A stretch of 64,000 nt of DNA from Terracidiphilus sp. GTDB taxonomy: Bacteria > Acidobacteriota > Terriglobia > Terriglobales > Acidobacteriaceae. This document shows, one piece after another, positions 9,133 to 19,629 of this stretch. The notes under the pieces are model-generated. The model was not told the origin of the DNA. It searched no databases and saw nothing but the letters and a program-made list of their open reading frames with translations. How positions within the stretch are numbered: position 1 is the first letter of the stretch; every line of letters begins with the position of its first letter. The translations under genes were made by a program, and so were the position numbers. The stretch is taken from the NCBI GenBank assembly GCA_049977045.1, contig JBMFHB010000002.1:47355-111354 (forward strand). Direction: 5' to 3'.

Positions 9133-9166
9133 CTATCCCCTCAGTCCCTTAGTCCCTTAGTCCCTG
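9133..9166 (-). repeat. tandem octamer (plus-strand AGTCCCTT, about 3 copies) giving TAA/TGA/TAG in three frames at the ackA stop
   Basis: Minus-strand stops read from plus-strand TTA 9149-9151 (native ackA stop), TCA 9141-9143 and CTA 9133-9135. The 8-nt spacing puts them in all three frames. Confidence 0.75.
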
Positions 9167-10330
9167 CCTTTTCACCACTGCCACCGTCTCCCGCGCCACA
9201 ATCGACTCCTCGTTGGCGGGGATGACGAGAACTTTTACCTTGGAGTGCGGCGTCGAAATCTCACCTTCGCCGCCGATCCTCTGGTTGGCCATCTCGTCGA
9301 GATCCATGCCGAAGGCCGCTGTCCCTTTGAGCACTCCAGCGCGAATCGCAGCGCTGTTTTCGCCAATCCCGCCCGAAAACGTGATCACGTCCAGGCCGCC
9401 CAGTTCCAGCATGAACGCGCCCAGGTAGTGCCGGATGGCGTGGACAAAAACATCGAGCGCGAGCTGCGCCCGGGCGCTTCCCCTGGCCGCTGCCTCTTCG
9501 AGGTCGCGCAGATCGCCACTGGCGCCGCTGATCCCAGCCAGGCCCGACTGGCTGCCGAGCAATTTGGCCATCGCATCCGGCCCCATGCCGAGCTTTTTCA
9601 TCATGTGCAGCACGGCGAATACATCGATATCGCCCACACGGTTGTTCTGCGGCAGGCCCGACTGCGGCGAGGCACCCATGCTTACGTCCACCGCAACGCC
9701 GTTGCGAAAGGCGGCTACACTCGAACTGCCACCCAGATGGCAGGAGATGTGGCGCAAATCCTTGCGCGAGAGAAACGCCTGCGTGCGTTCGCTGGCCGAG
9801 CGGTGACTGGCGCCGTGAAATCCATAACGCCGGATTCCATGCTCCGTTCGCCACTCGTAGGGAACGGCATAGGTCGTCGACGCTTCGTCCATGAACCGGT
9901 AGGGAAACGGCTCCATCACCGCGACCAGCGGCACGCCCGGCAACTCCTGCCGGAAACCCTTCATGGCGGCGATATACGGCGGATTGTGCGCCGGAGCCAG
10001 GAAGATAAACTCCTCCATGGCGGCAAGAAACCTGTCATCGACGATCTGCGGTGTATTGAGTGGCCCCGCGTGCACAGCCTTGAAGCCAACAGCCGCAATT
10101 TCGCCAAGGCTCTTGAGCGGCTTGCCCGCTCCGGCAATCTCACTGAGACATTTTCTGATCGCGGCGGGGTAATCGGCGCACTCGCCGCCCGGCTGGCCGA
10201 TGCGCTCCACGCGGCCCTGCGCCAGCACGGTTTCTCCCGGAGCCGACGCACCCGAAGCGTCGATTTCCGAGAGTTCAAGTAACCGGTACTTGAACGAGGT
10301 GCTGCCGATATTGGGGATCAAGACCTTCAT
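9149..10330 (-). CDS. ackA: acetate/propionate kinase
   Basis: MKVLIPNIGSTSFKYRL N-terminal ASKHA motif; full-length 393 aa; no obvious encapsulation peptide. Confidence 0.9.
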   Translation of the reverse strand: MKVLIPNIGSTSFKYRLLELSEIDASGASAPGETVLAQGRVERIGQPGGECADYPAAIRKCLSEIAGAGKPLKSLGEIAAVGFKAVHAGPLNTPQIVDDRFLAAMEEFIFLAPAHNPPYIAAMKGFRQELPGVPLVAVMEPFPYRFMDEASTTYAVPYEWRTEHGIRRYGFHGASHRSASERTQAFLSRKDLRHISCHLGGSSSVAAFRNGVAVDVSMGASPQSGLPQNNRVGDIDVFAVLHMMKKLGMGPDAMAKLLGSQSGLAGISGASGDLRDLEEAAARGSARAQLALDVFVHAIRHYLGAFMLELGGLDVITFSGGIGENSAAIRAGVLKGTAAFGMDLDEMANQRIGGEGEISTPHSKVKVLVIPANEESIVARETVAVVKRQGLRD

Positions 10331-10424
10331 TTTTGACTGTTCTTGATTGAAAATGAATGATACGATAATTTAGTCGCCAGAGTCAATCACTAAATTTGGC
10401 GGTTTTTGAGGGATAATCCGAGGT
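10331..10424. promoter_or_regulatory. AT-rich divergent control region between the ackA-led BMC operon and the pduS/pduT-like pair
   Basis: Marked GC drop. TTGACT (10333-10338), TTGATT (10343-10348), GATAAT (10364-10369 and 10412-10417). Inverted AATTTAG/CTAAATT and TGATTG/CAATCA pairs could be DeoR operators. Confidence 0.35.
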
Positions 10425-11768
10425 ATGACTCCACAAACGAGCATTACCGGACCAACTTCTGCCAGGCTTACCTCCTCGCTCGACCGCATCGAGGAGCTGG
10501 GGATTATCGGCGCCGGCGGCGGCGGCTTTCCCACGGCAGTCAAGTTCAAGGCCCAGGCGCCTCTATTGATTGCCAACGCCGCCGAGTGCGAACCACTGCT
10601 GCACAAAGACAAGGAACTGCTCCACCACCATGCCGAGCCATTCCTGCGCGGCATGACGATGGCGATGCAACTGGTAGGCGCACGTGAGGGCGTCATCGGC
10701 ATCAAGGAAAAGTATTTGGAGATCATTGCCGCGCTCGAGGCGAAGGTTCCAGAGAACATTCGCGTTGCGCCGCTGCCCGACTGCTACCCAGCCGGCGACG
10801 AGTTCATCCTGGTGCACATGGTCACGGGTCGAGTGATACCGCCTGGCGGCCTGCCGAAAGACGTCGGCGCAACCGTCTCCAACGTGGAAACGCTAATGAA
10901 CATCGGCCTGGACCGGCCGGTGACGCACAAGTATCTAACCGTCGCGGGCGCGGTTGCCCATCCCGTGACGCTGCGCGTACCCGTAGGCATCACGATCGGC
11001 GAAGTGATTGAGGCCGCGGGCGGCGCGACCGTTCCCGACTTCGGCGTCCTTCTGGGCGGCGTGATGATGGCCCGGCCCGCCGCCAATCTCGACGTACCTG
11101 TCACGAAGACCACGGGCGGCATCATCGTGTTGCCCGCCGAGCACGCGCTCATCCGCCGGCACAATGCGCCGTGGATGCACATCGCCAGGATTGGCCGGTC
11201 GGCATGCGATCAATGCCGCTTCTGTACCGAGTTCTGCCCGCGCTATCTGCTCGGCCATCCCATCGAGCCGCACATGGCGATGCGCTCGCTGGGTTTCTCC
11301 GAGCCGGGGGATCTTACTGTAGCCACGCTCTATTGCTGCGAGTGCAACCTGTGCACCATGTTCGCGTGCCCCGAGGATCTGGACCCGAAGAACGTTTGCG
11401 TGCAGGGCAAGCCGATTGCGCGCGAGCGCGGACTGACGTGGAAAGGCACACCGGATTCGATCCAGCCGCATCCGATGGCGGAGTTCCGCCGCGTGCCCAT
11501 GCGCCGGCTTATCGCCAAACTCGGTCTGGGCGAGTTTGTGAACGAAGGGCCGCTTACCGAATACAATTTTGCTCCGCGCAAGGTGACGATTCCGCTCAAG
11601 CAACATGCTGGCGCGCCCGCAGCTGCAGTGGTAAAGTGCGGCGACCGCGTGCGCGTGGGCGATCTGCTGGCCGCGCCCGAGCCGGGGCAGCTCGGCGCGC
11701 GCATTCACTCGAGCATTGACGGCCACGTCACGGTGGGCAAGGATGCCGTGGTGATTGAAGCAGTTTGA
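10425..11768 (+). CDS. PduS-like Fe-S flavoprotein (RnfC/NuoF-type nucleotide-binding domain, SLBB, two 4Fe-4S motifs)
   Basis: GIIGAGGGGFPTAVKF glycine-rich motif; CDQCRFCTEFCP and CCECNLCTMFACP cluster motifs. C-terminal IPLKQHAGAP...VGDLL...HSSIDGHV resembles the RnfC N-terminal barrel. Confidence 0.85.
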   Translation: MTPQTSITGPTSARLTSSLDRIEELGIIGAGGGGFPTAVKFKAQAPLLIANAAECEPLLHKDKELLHHHAEPFLRGMTMAMQLVGAREGVIGIKEKYLEIIAALEAKVPENIRVAPLPDCYPAGDEFILVHMVTGRVIPPGGLPKDVGATVSNVETLMNIGLDRPVTHKYLTVAGAVAHPVTLRVPVGITIGEVIEAAGGATVPDFGVLLGGVMMARPAANLDVPVTKTTGGIIVLPAEHALIRRHNAPWMHIARIGRSACDQCRFCTEFCPRYLLGHPIEPHMAMRSLGFSEPGDLTVATLYCCECNLCTMFACPEDLDPKNVCVQGKPIARERGLTWKGTPDSIQPHPMAEFRRVPMRRLIAKLGLGEFVNEGPLTEYNFAPRKVTIPLKQHAGAPAAAVVKCGDRVRVGDLLAAPEPGQLGARIHSSIDGHVTVGKDAVVIEAV

Positions 11769-11780
11769 AGAGATTGCCAC

Positions 11781-11807
11781 TGTTCACTGACCACTGACCA
11801 CTGTTGA
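11781..11807 (+). repeat. heptad repeat (CCACTGA) placing TGA in three frames after the pduS-like stop
   Basis: TGA at 11788, 11795 and 11805 fall in three different frames. The block sits between the stop at 11766 and the GGAG RBS of the next gene. Confidence 0.75.
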
Positions 11808-11820
11808 AAAGGAGCCAAAC

Positions 11821-12384
11821 GTGGCGACAGAAATTAACTCCATTGGACTGATCGAGCTTTCGAGCGTAGCAACCGGATTCGTCGTCGAGGACCAGATGCT
11901 GAAGGCGGGATCTGTGCAACTGCTGCTGGCGCGCAGCATCTGCTCGGGCAAGTTCCTGATCGTGGTTTCGGGCGACGTCACCAGCGTGCAATCGGCGCTC
12001 CTCGCCGGGGCTGCCGCCGCCGGAGCCTCATTGATTGAGCGCCGCCAGATTGCGCGCGTGCATCCGCAGGTGCTGCAGGCCATTTCGCAGAGCGTAGACA
12101 TTCCGCCAAGCCAGCTAAAGTCGATCGGCGTGATTGAAACTTTTTCGGCGGCCAGCATCATTGAAGTGGCAGACACCGCCGTCAAATCCGCAGCCGTCAC
12201 GTTGATGAAGGTTCATCTGGCCATGGCGCTGGGCGGCAAGGGCTTCGTGGTCATGGCCGGCGACGTGGCCAGCGTGCAGGCCGCCGTCGCTGCTGGCTCA
12301 AAGGCGGCAGCCGACGACGGCATGTTGGTGGGCAGAGGCGTGATTGCAGCTCCGTCGCCGGAGTTGTTCAAGGAATATATCTAA
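11821..12384 (+). CDS. BMC-T tandem-domain shell protein, PduT-like (candidate 4Fe-4S pore)
   Basis: 187 aa made of two BMC domains. ARSICSGKFLIVVSGDV matches the PduT KTICPGKFLL segment that carries the cluster-ligating Cys (recalled from memory, not aligned). Confidence 0.85.
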   Translation: MATEINSIGLIELSSVATGFVVEDQMLKAGSVQLLLARSICSGKFLIVVSGDVTSVQSALLAGAAAAGASLIERRQIARVHPQVLQAISQSVDIPPSQLKSIGVIETFSAASIIEVADTAVKSAAVTLMKVHLAMALGGKGFVVMAGDVASVQAAVAAGSKAAADDGMLVGRGVIAAPSPELFKEYI

Positions 12385-12493
12385 AAGACAGAGAACAGCG
12401 GATGCGCCGACGCGGCGATTTGCATCTCCGGCAACGATCGGAATTTTCTTCTGTTCCCTATCCGCACTCACTTCAGCGGAGTCCGCGAATTCG

Positions 12494-14941
<2,448 letters not shown>

Positions 14942-14988
14942 TCATGCGCGGCGCGTTGGGGATTCCGGTGAGGACGCAGAAGCGATGG

Positions 14989-17022
14989 CTACGGGTGATT
15001 TCCTGGTTCCCGTTTGTCCGTGAAGAACGTCTCGACATCCACGATGTTCTGCGTCATGCGGTAGGGCGGAAGAGACTGGAGGAAGATCTGGCCATAGCGC
15101 TGGGTGCGAACGCGCGGGTCGAGGAGCACCAGCAGGCCGCGATCTTCGAGCGAGCGGATAAGGCGGCCGAATCCCTGCTTGAGGGTGAGCACGGCCTCGG
15201 GAACCTGGTAGTCGAAGAAGGGACGGCCGCCGGATTCCTCGATGGCCTTCATACGCGCCTGGACGACGGGATCGGACGGCACGGCGAAGGGCAGACGGTC
15301 GATGATGACGCAACTGAGCGCCTCACCCTGCACGTCGACGCCCTGCCAGAAGCTGGACGTGCCGAAGAGGACGGCGTTGGGCGTAGAGCGGAACTCTTCG
15401 AGGAGGGCTTTGCGCGGGGCCGTGCCGTGGAGGAGGACGGGGTAGTCGAGTACAGGCAGCAGCCGCTCGTAAAGCGCCCGCATCTGGCTGTAGCTGGTGA
15501 AGAGGCAGAAGGCGCGGCCGCGGGTGATGCCGAGGATGCGCTCGATGGTTTTGGCGGCAGCCTCGGGGAATTCAGCGGCGCGCGGGTCGGGCATCTGCGG
15601 AGGCAGGTAGAGCAGCGCCTGGCGGTCGTAACGGAAGTGCGAGGGGACGACAAGCTCGCGCGTATCCTTGAGGCCGAGACGGCGGCGCAGGTGCTCAAAA
15701 CCGCCCTGCACAGTGAGCGTGGCCGAGGTGAGCACCACTGTGGGCGTCTGCTCCCAGACGAGTTCGTTCAGGATGGTGGAGACATCGATGGGTGTGGCTT
15801 GAAGGAATGTGGTTCTCATGCCGCCGCGCGTGGCCGTTCTTCGGTCTGGATTCGTTGGCGCTCCGCGACGTTCCAGCCAGAAGACCATGTTGTCCGCTTT
15901 GGCTTCGAGCAGGAAGGAGAGGTCTGTGCGGAGGGCGGCCGCGCGGGCCTCGAGACCGGAGGCTTCGTCGATTTCGCCGAGGTGGTCGAGTTCCGCTTCA
16001 AGGAGCTTGAGCGTCGTGTTGACGCCGAGATAGAGATCGCCGGAGGACTCGAGGAACTCCTCGCGATTGGCGAAAGGATGACGGCCGTCGCCCCCCTGCG
16101 GTAGAGCCGCGAAGAAGAGCCGCGCACGCTCGCGCAACTGTTGCGTGAGGATGTACACCTGCGAGGAGTCCTGCTTGCCGCGCAAAAGCACGTCGGCATC
16201 GCGGGCAAAGTCCTCAAAGCGCACGTTCGAAAGCGAACGGCCAAAATAATTTGACGCCACCTCTTCGAGTTCGTGCGCCTCATCAAAGACAACGGCCGAG
16301 GCCTCGGGCAGGATGCCGGCATCGGGCGCGGCTACGGCTGCCGCGCGCACGGCAGCGTCGGCAAAGAAGAGGTGGTGGTTGACGATGATCAGGTCCGATT
16401 CCATGGCGCGGCGGCGCATCTCGGTGATGAAGCAGCGGCGGTAATCGGGGCAGGATGAGCCGAGACAGGCTTCGGACCTCGCGTCGAGCTTGTGCCAGAG
16501 GGCGCTCGATTCAGGCAGGCCGGAGAGTTCGGCGCGATCGCCGGTCTCCGTTATCTTCTCCCACTCGGCGACCTGCCGGTATTCGTCAATCTCTTCAAGG
16601 CCGGTAAGGATGGGCTGGTCGCGCAACGCATGGAGCTTGTGGCGGCAGAGGTAGTTGGCGCGGCCTTTCATGTAGCAGACGCGCAACTCGCCCAGAAGCG
16701 CCTCGAGAAATGGCACATCGCGGAAGAAGAGCTGATCCTGCAGGGCCTTGGTTCCGGTGGAGACGATGACGCGCTGGCCGGTACGCAGCGCGGGCAGCAG
16801 GTAGGCGAGGGTTTTGCCGGTGCCTGTACCGGCTTCGACGATGAGATGGCGGCGCTCGGCGAGCGCGCGCTCGACGGACTTGGCCATCTCGTACTGGCCG
16901 GGACGGTACTCGTAAGGGAGTGGCGAGCGGGCGAGGATGCCACCGGGCGCGAAGAACTCGTGGAGGGTGGGCAGGGCGCGGGTTGGAGCGTTCGAGGAGG
17001 GCATGGAGGGCGCTGCATCCAT
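14989..17022 (-). CDS. dinG: ATP-dependent DNA helicase, DinG/XPD (Rad3) family
   Basis: Walker A EAGTGTGKT and DEAH box VVFDEAHELE. Cys residues fit an XPD-type Fe-S domain (YLC, CLGSSCPDYRRC). Start is uncertain (17022 or 17103). Confidence 0.85.
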   Translation of the reverse strand: MDAAPSMPSSNAPTRALPTLHEFFAPGGILARSPLPYEYRPGQYEMAKSVERALAERRHLIVEAGTGTGKTLAYLLPALRTGQRVIVSTGTKALQDQLFFRDVPFLEALLGELRVCYMKGRANYLCRHKLHALRDQPILTGLEEIDEYRQVAEWEKITETGDRAELSGLPESSALWHKLDARSEACLGSSCPDYRRCFITEMRRRAMESDLIIVNHHLFFADAAVRAAAVAAPDAGILPEASAVVFDEAHELEEVASNYFGRSLSNVRFEDFARDADVLLRGKQDSSQVYILTQQLRERARLFFAALPQGGDGRHPFANREEFLESSGDLYLGVNTTLKLLEAELDHLGEIDEASGLEARAAALRTDLSFLLEAKADNMVFWLERRGAPTNPDRRTATRGGMRTTFLQATPIDVSTILNELVWEQTPTVVLTSATLTVQGGFEHLRRRLGLKDTRELVVPSHFRYDRQALLYLPPQMPDPRAAEFPEAAAKTIERILGITRGRAFCLFTSYSQMRALYERLLPVLDYPVLLHGTAPRKALLEEFRSTPNAVLFGTSSFWQGVDVQGEALSCVIIDRLPFAVPSDPVVQARMKAIEESGGRPFFDYQVPEAVLTLKQGFGRLIRSLEDRGLLVLLDPRVRTQRYGQIFLQSLPPYRMTQNIVDVETFFTDKREPGNHP

Positions 17023-17090
17023 GATAGAGAAGCGGGGAGCACGGGAACGAGGGGACAGGGAAACGGGAGGGTGAAATGTGCGTCTTTTGT

Positions 17091-17125
17091 TTGACTTTGC
17101 CAAGTGGACTAAGGATACTTAGTCC
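17091..17125 (+). promoter_or_regulatory. candidate promoter plus palindromic operator abutting the antitoxin start codon
   Basis: TTGACT (17091-17096), 17-nt spacer, GATACT (17114-17119). Perfect palindrome GGACTAAG-GATA-CTTAGTCC (17106-17125) ends 1 nt before ATG 17126. Confidence 0.4.
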
Positions 17126-17407
17126 ATGGCGTACACCGTCCATCAGGCGAAGACAAACTTCTCGCGGATTCTCAAAGAGGTTGAGGCGGGCGAAGAGGTG
17201 ATCGTGATGCGCGGAAAAAAGCCGGTGGCGAAGGTCGTGCCGATTGCCGCTCCGGCATTCTCGCGGAGTGCGCTCGCCGGTTCGTATCGCGGAAAGTTGC
17301 GTTGGACGGAGGACGCCTTTGATCCCCTCACCGATGCGGAGCTTCGTGAAATGGGCATGGACTATCTGGCCGACGCCCCGTTGGAGCCACCGAACGAAAA
17401 ACGATGA
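17126..17407 (+). CDS. Phd/YefM-type antitoxin paired with VapC
   Basis: MAYTVHQAKTNFSRILKEVEAGEEVIVMRGKKPVAKVVPI; 4-nt ATGA overlap with the toxin gene. Confidence 0.85.
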   Translation: MAYTVHQAKTNFSRILKEVEAGEEVIVMRGKKPVAKVVPIAAPAFSRSALAGSYRGKLRWTEDAFDPLTDAELREMGMDYLADAPLEPPNEKR

Positions 17408-17790
17408 ACTTTCTGCTCGACACTCACACGTTCATCTGGTTCCTTCAGGAACCGGAGCGGTTGCCGCGTGAGGTTCACGCAGTTGTCGTAGGCTCCGATC
17501 AGCCATTGGCATTGTCCATTGCGACGCCATGGGAGATGGCGATCAAAGCCGGCGCGGGAAAGCTGAAGACCCCGGAGATTCTCGATAATTTCGAACTCCT
17601 CGCAAGAAAATGCGGTTGCATCATTCTGCCGTTAACAGTAAGACATGTCATTGCTTCAGGACTACTGCCGTTACACCACAAGGATCCCTTCGACCGGTTG
17701 CTGATTGCGCAGGCGCTCGATCTCAACCTGCCGATTCTCAGTTGCGACGAGATCTTCGATCGGTACGACGTCAAGCGGATCTGGAATTAA
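17404..17790 (+). CDS. vapC: PIN-domain ribonuclease toxin VapC
   Basis: LLDTHTFIW at the N-terminus and a conserved acidic residue in HKDPFDRLLIAQA. Confidence 0.9.
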   Translation: MNFLLDTHTFIWFLQEPERLPREVHAVVVGSDQPLALSIATPWEMAIKAGAGKLKTPEILDNFELLARKCGCIILPLTVRHVIASGLLPLHHKDPFDRLLIAQALDLNLPILSCDEIFDRYDVKRIWN

Positions 17791-17853
17791 GTTCGCCGTA
17801 ACGGAAAGCAAGGCAGATCCAACGGCGTTCTGGAGCTTTGCCGGGAGGTTTGA

Positions 17854-19341
17854 TTGCCGACATATCGCAGATCGGTTGTGCCCGTGAGGGCGGACGCTGC
17901 GCAGTTGCCGCTTGTGGCGATTGTGGGCCGCCCCAACGTGGGAAAAAGTACGCTCTTCAACCGGCTCACCGGAAGCCGCCGCTCGATTGTGGGCGACGAA
18001 CCGGGAATCACGCGCGACCGTATCTATGGCGAGTACGAGTGGGCAGGACGGCGCTATCGGCTGGTCGACACGGGCGGCATTGTGCCCGACGATCCTGAAC
18101 TTATCGCCGCGGAGATCTTTCGCCAGGCCAAGGTGGCGCTCGAAGAGGCGGACGCGCTGGTGATGGTGGTGGATGCACGCACGGAGCTGGCGCGGCCGGA
18201 CTACGACCTGGCGCAGCTTCTCCGGCGCGGCGGCAAGCCTCTGTTTCTGGCAGTCAACAAAGTTGAGAGCGATGCGCTGGCCAGCGAGGCCGAGAACTTT
18301 CGGCGGCTGGGCATCGGCAACGTGTTTCCCGTGAGTTCGGAGCACGGACAGGGCGTTGGCGAATTGCTGGATGCGATTGGCGAGCAAGTCAGCGAGCCAG
18401 CCAGTGAGCAGGCCGGCATCGAGGACGATCGCACGCAAGACGGCGAAAAGCGCGAGACGCGAATCCGGACCCACGGCGAGTTCGAGCAGCATGAGACTTC
18501 TGTGGCGATTATCGGGCGGCCAAATGTTGGCAAGTCGACGCTGCTGAACGCGCTCACCGGGACTTCGCGTGCGATTGTCTCGCCGATCGCCGGCACCACG
18601 CGCGACGCGGTGGACGAAGTGGTTGAGTTCGAGGGGCAGACGCTGCGCTTTGTCGATACCGCCGGCATTCGCCGCAAAGGCAAGACGAAGCTGATGGCGG
18701 AAAAATTGAGCGTGGTCATGGCGCGGCGGCATCTGGAGGCCGCCGACGTGGCGCTCCTGGTGATTGACGCGGTCGAAGGCGTGACAGCGAGCGATGCGAC
18801 CATCGGCGGCTACGCGCACGAGAGCGGGCGCAGCGTGATCGTCGTCGTGAACAAGTGGGACGCGGTGACTACGGGCCGCACCGACGGCAAACCCCCGGCG
18901 GATCGCGAGATCTTCGAGCAGCAGTTGCGCAGAGCACTCAAATACCTCGATTACGCGCCGGTGGTTTTTCTTTCCGCTCTTGAAGCGGCGGAACTGAATC
19001 GCGAAAACGCGCGGAAAGCCATGGCGCGCGTGCTGCACGAGGTGATTTTCGTGGCCCAGGAGCGGCGCAAGCGCGTTACAACGGGGCAAATGAATCGATT
19101 CCTGGAGCGAATCGATTTTCAGCGCGCTCCCGTGCCGATAGCCAGGCGTGTGCGGATCTTCTATATGACGCAGGCGGCCGTGGCCCCGCCGACCTTCGTT
19201 CTCTTTACCGACCGCAGCGTGAAACTGCACTTCGCCTTCGTGCGATTCCTTGAAAACCAGATTCGCGCGGCGTTCGGATTCAAGGGGACGCCGATCTGGT
19301 TCAAAGTGAGAGAACGGCAGGAAACTGGAAGTAGAAGGTAG
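17854..19341 (+). CDS. der: ribosome-associated GTPase Der (EngA), double G-domain
   Basis: Two GRPNVGKSTL P-loops plus a KH-like C-terminal domain. Confidence 0.95.
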   Translation: MPTYRRSVVPVRADAAQLPLVAIVGRPNVGKSTLFNRLTGSRRSIVGDEPGITRDRIYGEYEWAGRRYRLVDTGGIVPDDPELIAAEIFRQAKVALEEADALVMVVDARTELARPDYDLAQLLRRGGKPLFLAVNKVESDALASEAENFRRLGIGNVFPVSSEHGQGVGELLDAIGEQVSEPASEQAGIEDDRTQDGEKRETRIRTHGEFEQHETSVAIIGRPNVGKSTLLNALTGTSRAIVSPIAGTTRDAVDEVVEFEGQTLRFVDTAGIRRKGKTKLMAEKLSVVMARRHLEAADVALLVIDAVEGVTASDATIGGYAHESGRSVIVVVNKWDAVTTGRTDGKPPADREIFEQQLRRALKYLDYAPVVFLSALEAAELNRENARKAMARVLHEVIFVAQERRKRVTTGQMNRFLERIDFQRAPVPIARRVRIFYMTQAAVAPPTFVLFTDRSVKLHFAFVRFLENQIRAAFGFKGTPIWFKVRERQETGSRR

Positions 19342-19405
19342 AGAGCTTTTGCGTGCTCATGCGGGTCGGATCATGGCGCGCAAGTCTTGTAGCAAGCTGG
19401 GTTCC

Positions 19406-19578
19406 CAAAAAGCAACCGCAGTCACGCATGGCCCTGTTGGGCCACCCGGAGAACATGAGAATCCGGCCAGGAAGAACCGCAGATCCCTCGTCGCAGCGCT
19501 CCTCGGGATGACAGAGTCAGGCAGGCGGCGAATTTTCAGGGCAGATCCATTTGTTCGCTACGCTCACTCAGGATGACA
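19406..19578 (+). repeat. dispersed ~165-bp intergenic repeat, copy A
   Basis: Aligns by eye with the reverse complement of 60107-60265. Shared blocks include AACCGCAGTCACGCATGGCCCTGTTGGGCCACCC and AACCGCAGATCCCTCGTCGC.GCGCTCCTCGGGATGACAGAGTCAGGC.GGCGGCGAATTTTCAGGGCAGATC. Confidence 0.8.
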
Positions 19579-19629
19579 AATCTGAGGTCGACGCAACGCG
19601 GCGGTATCCACGCGGTTGAAGCCGCGCAT

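Noticed and set aside
10412-10427. Leaderless start for the pduS-like gene (GATAAT 7 nt before ATG 10425).
   Set aside because: No acceptable -35 element sits at 16-18 nt, and a GAGG lies just upstream of the ATG. The evidence is too weak to call.
12385-12493. Terminator between convergent pduT-like and katG genes (GATGC/GCATC enclosing CGCCG-ACG-CGGCG).
   Set aside because: The stems are only 5 bp, with internal mismatches and no T-run on either strand.
19349-19576. 75-aa ORF, and its look-alike at 60096-60341, considered as a small conserved protein family.
   Set aside because: The similarity comes from translating the same DNA repeat. There is no RBS or start conservation, and the third copy is internally deleted out of frame.
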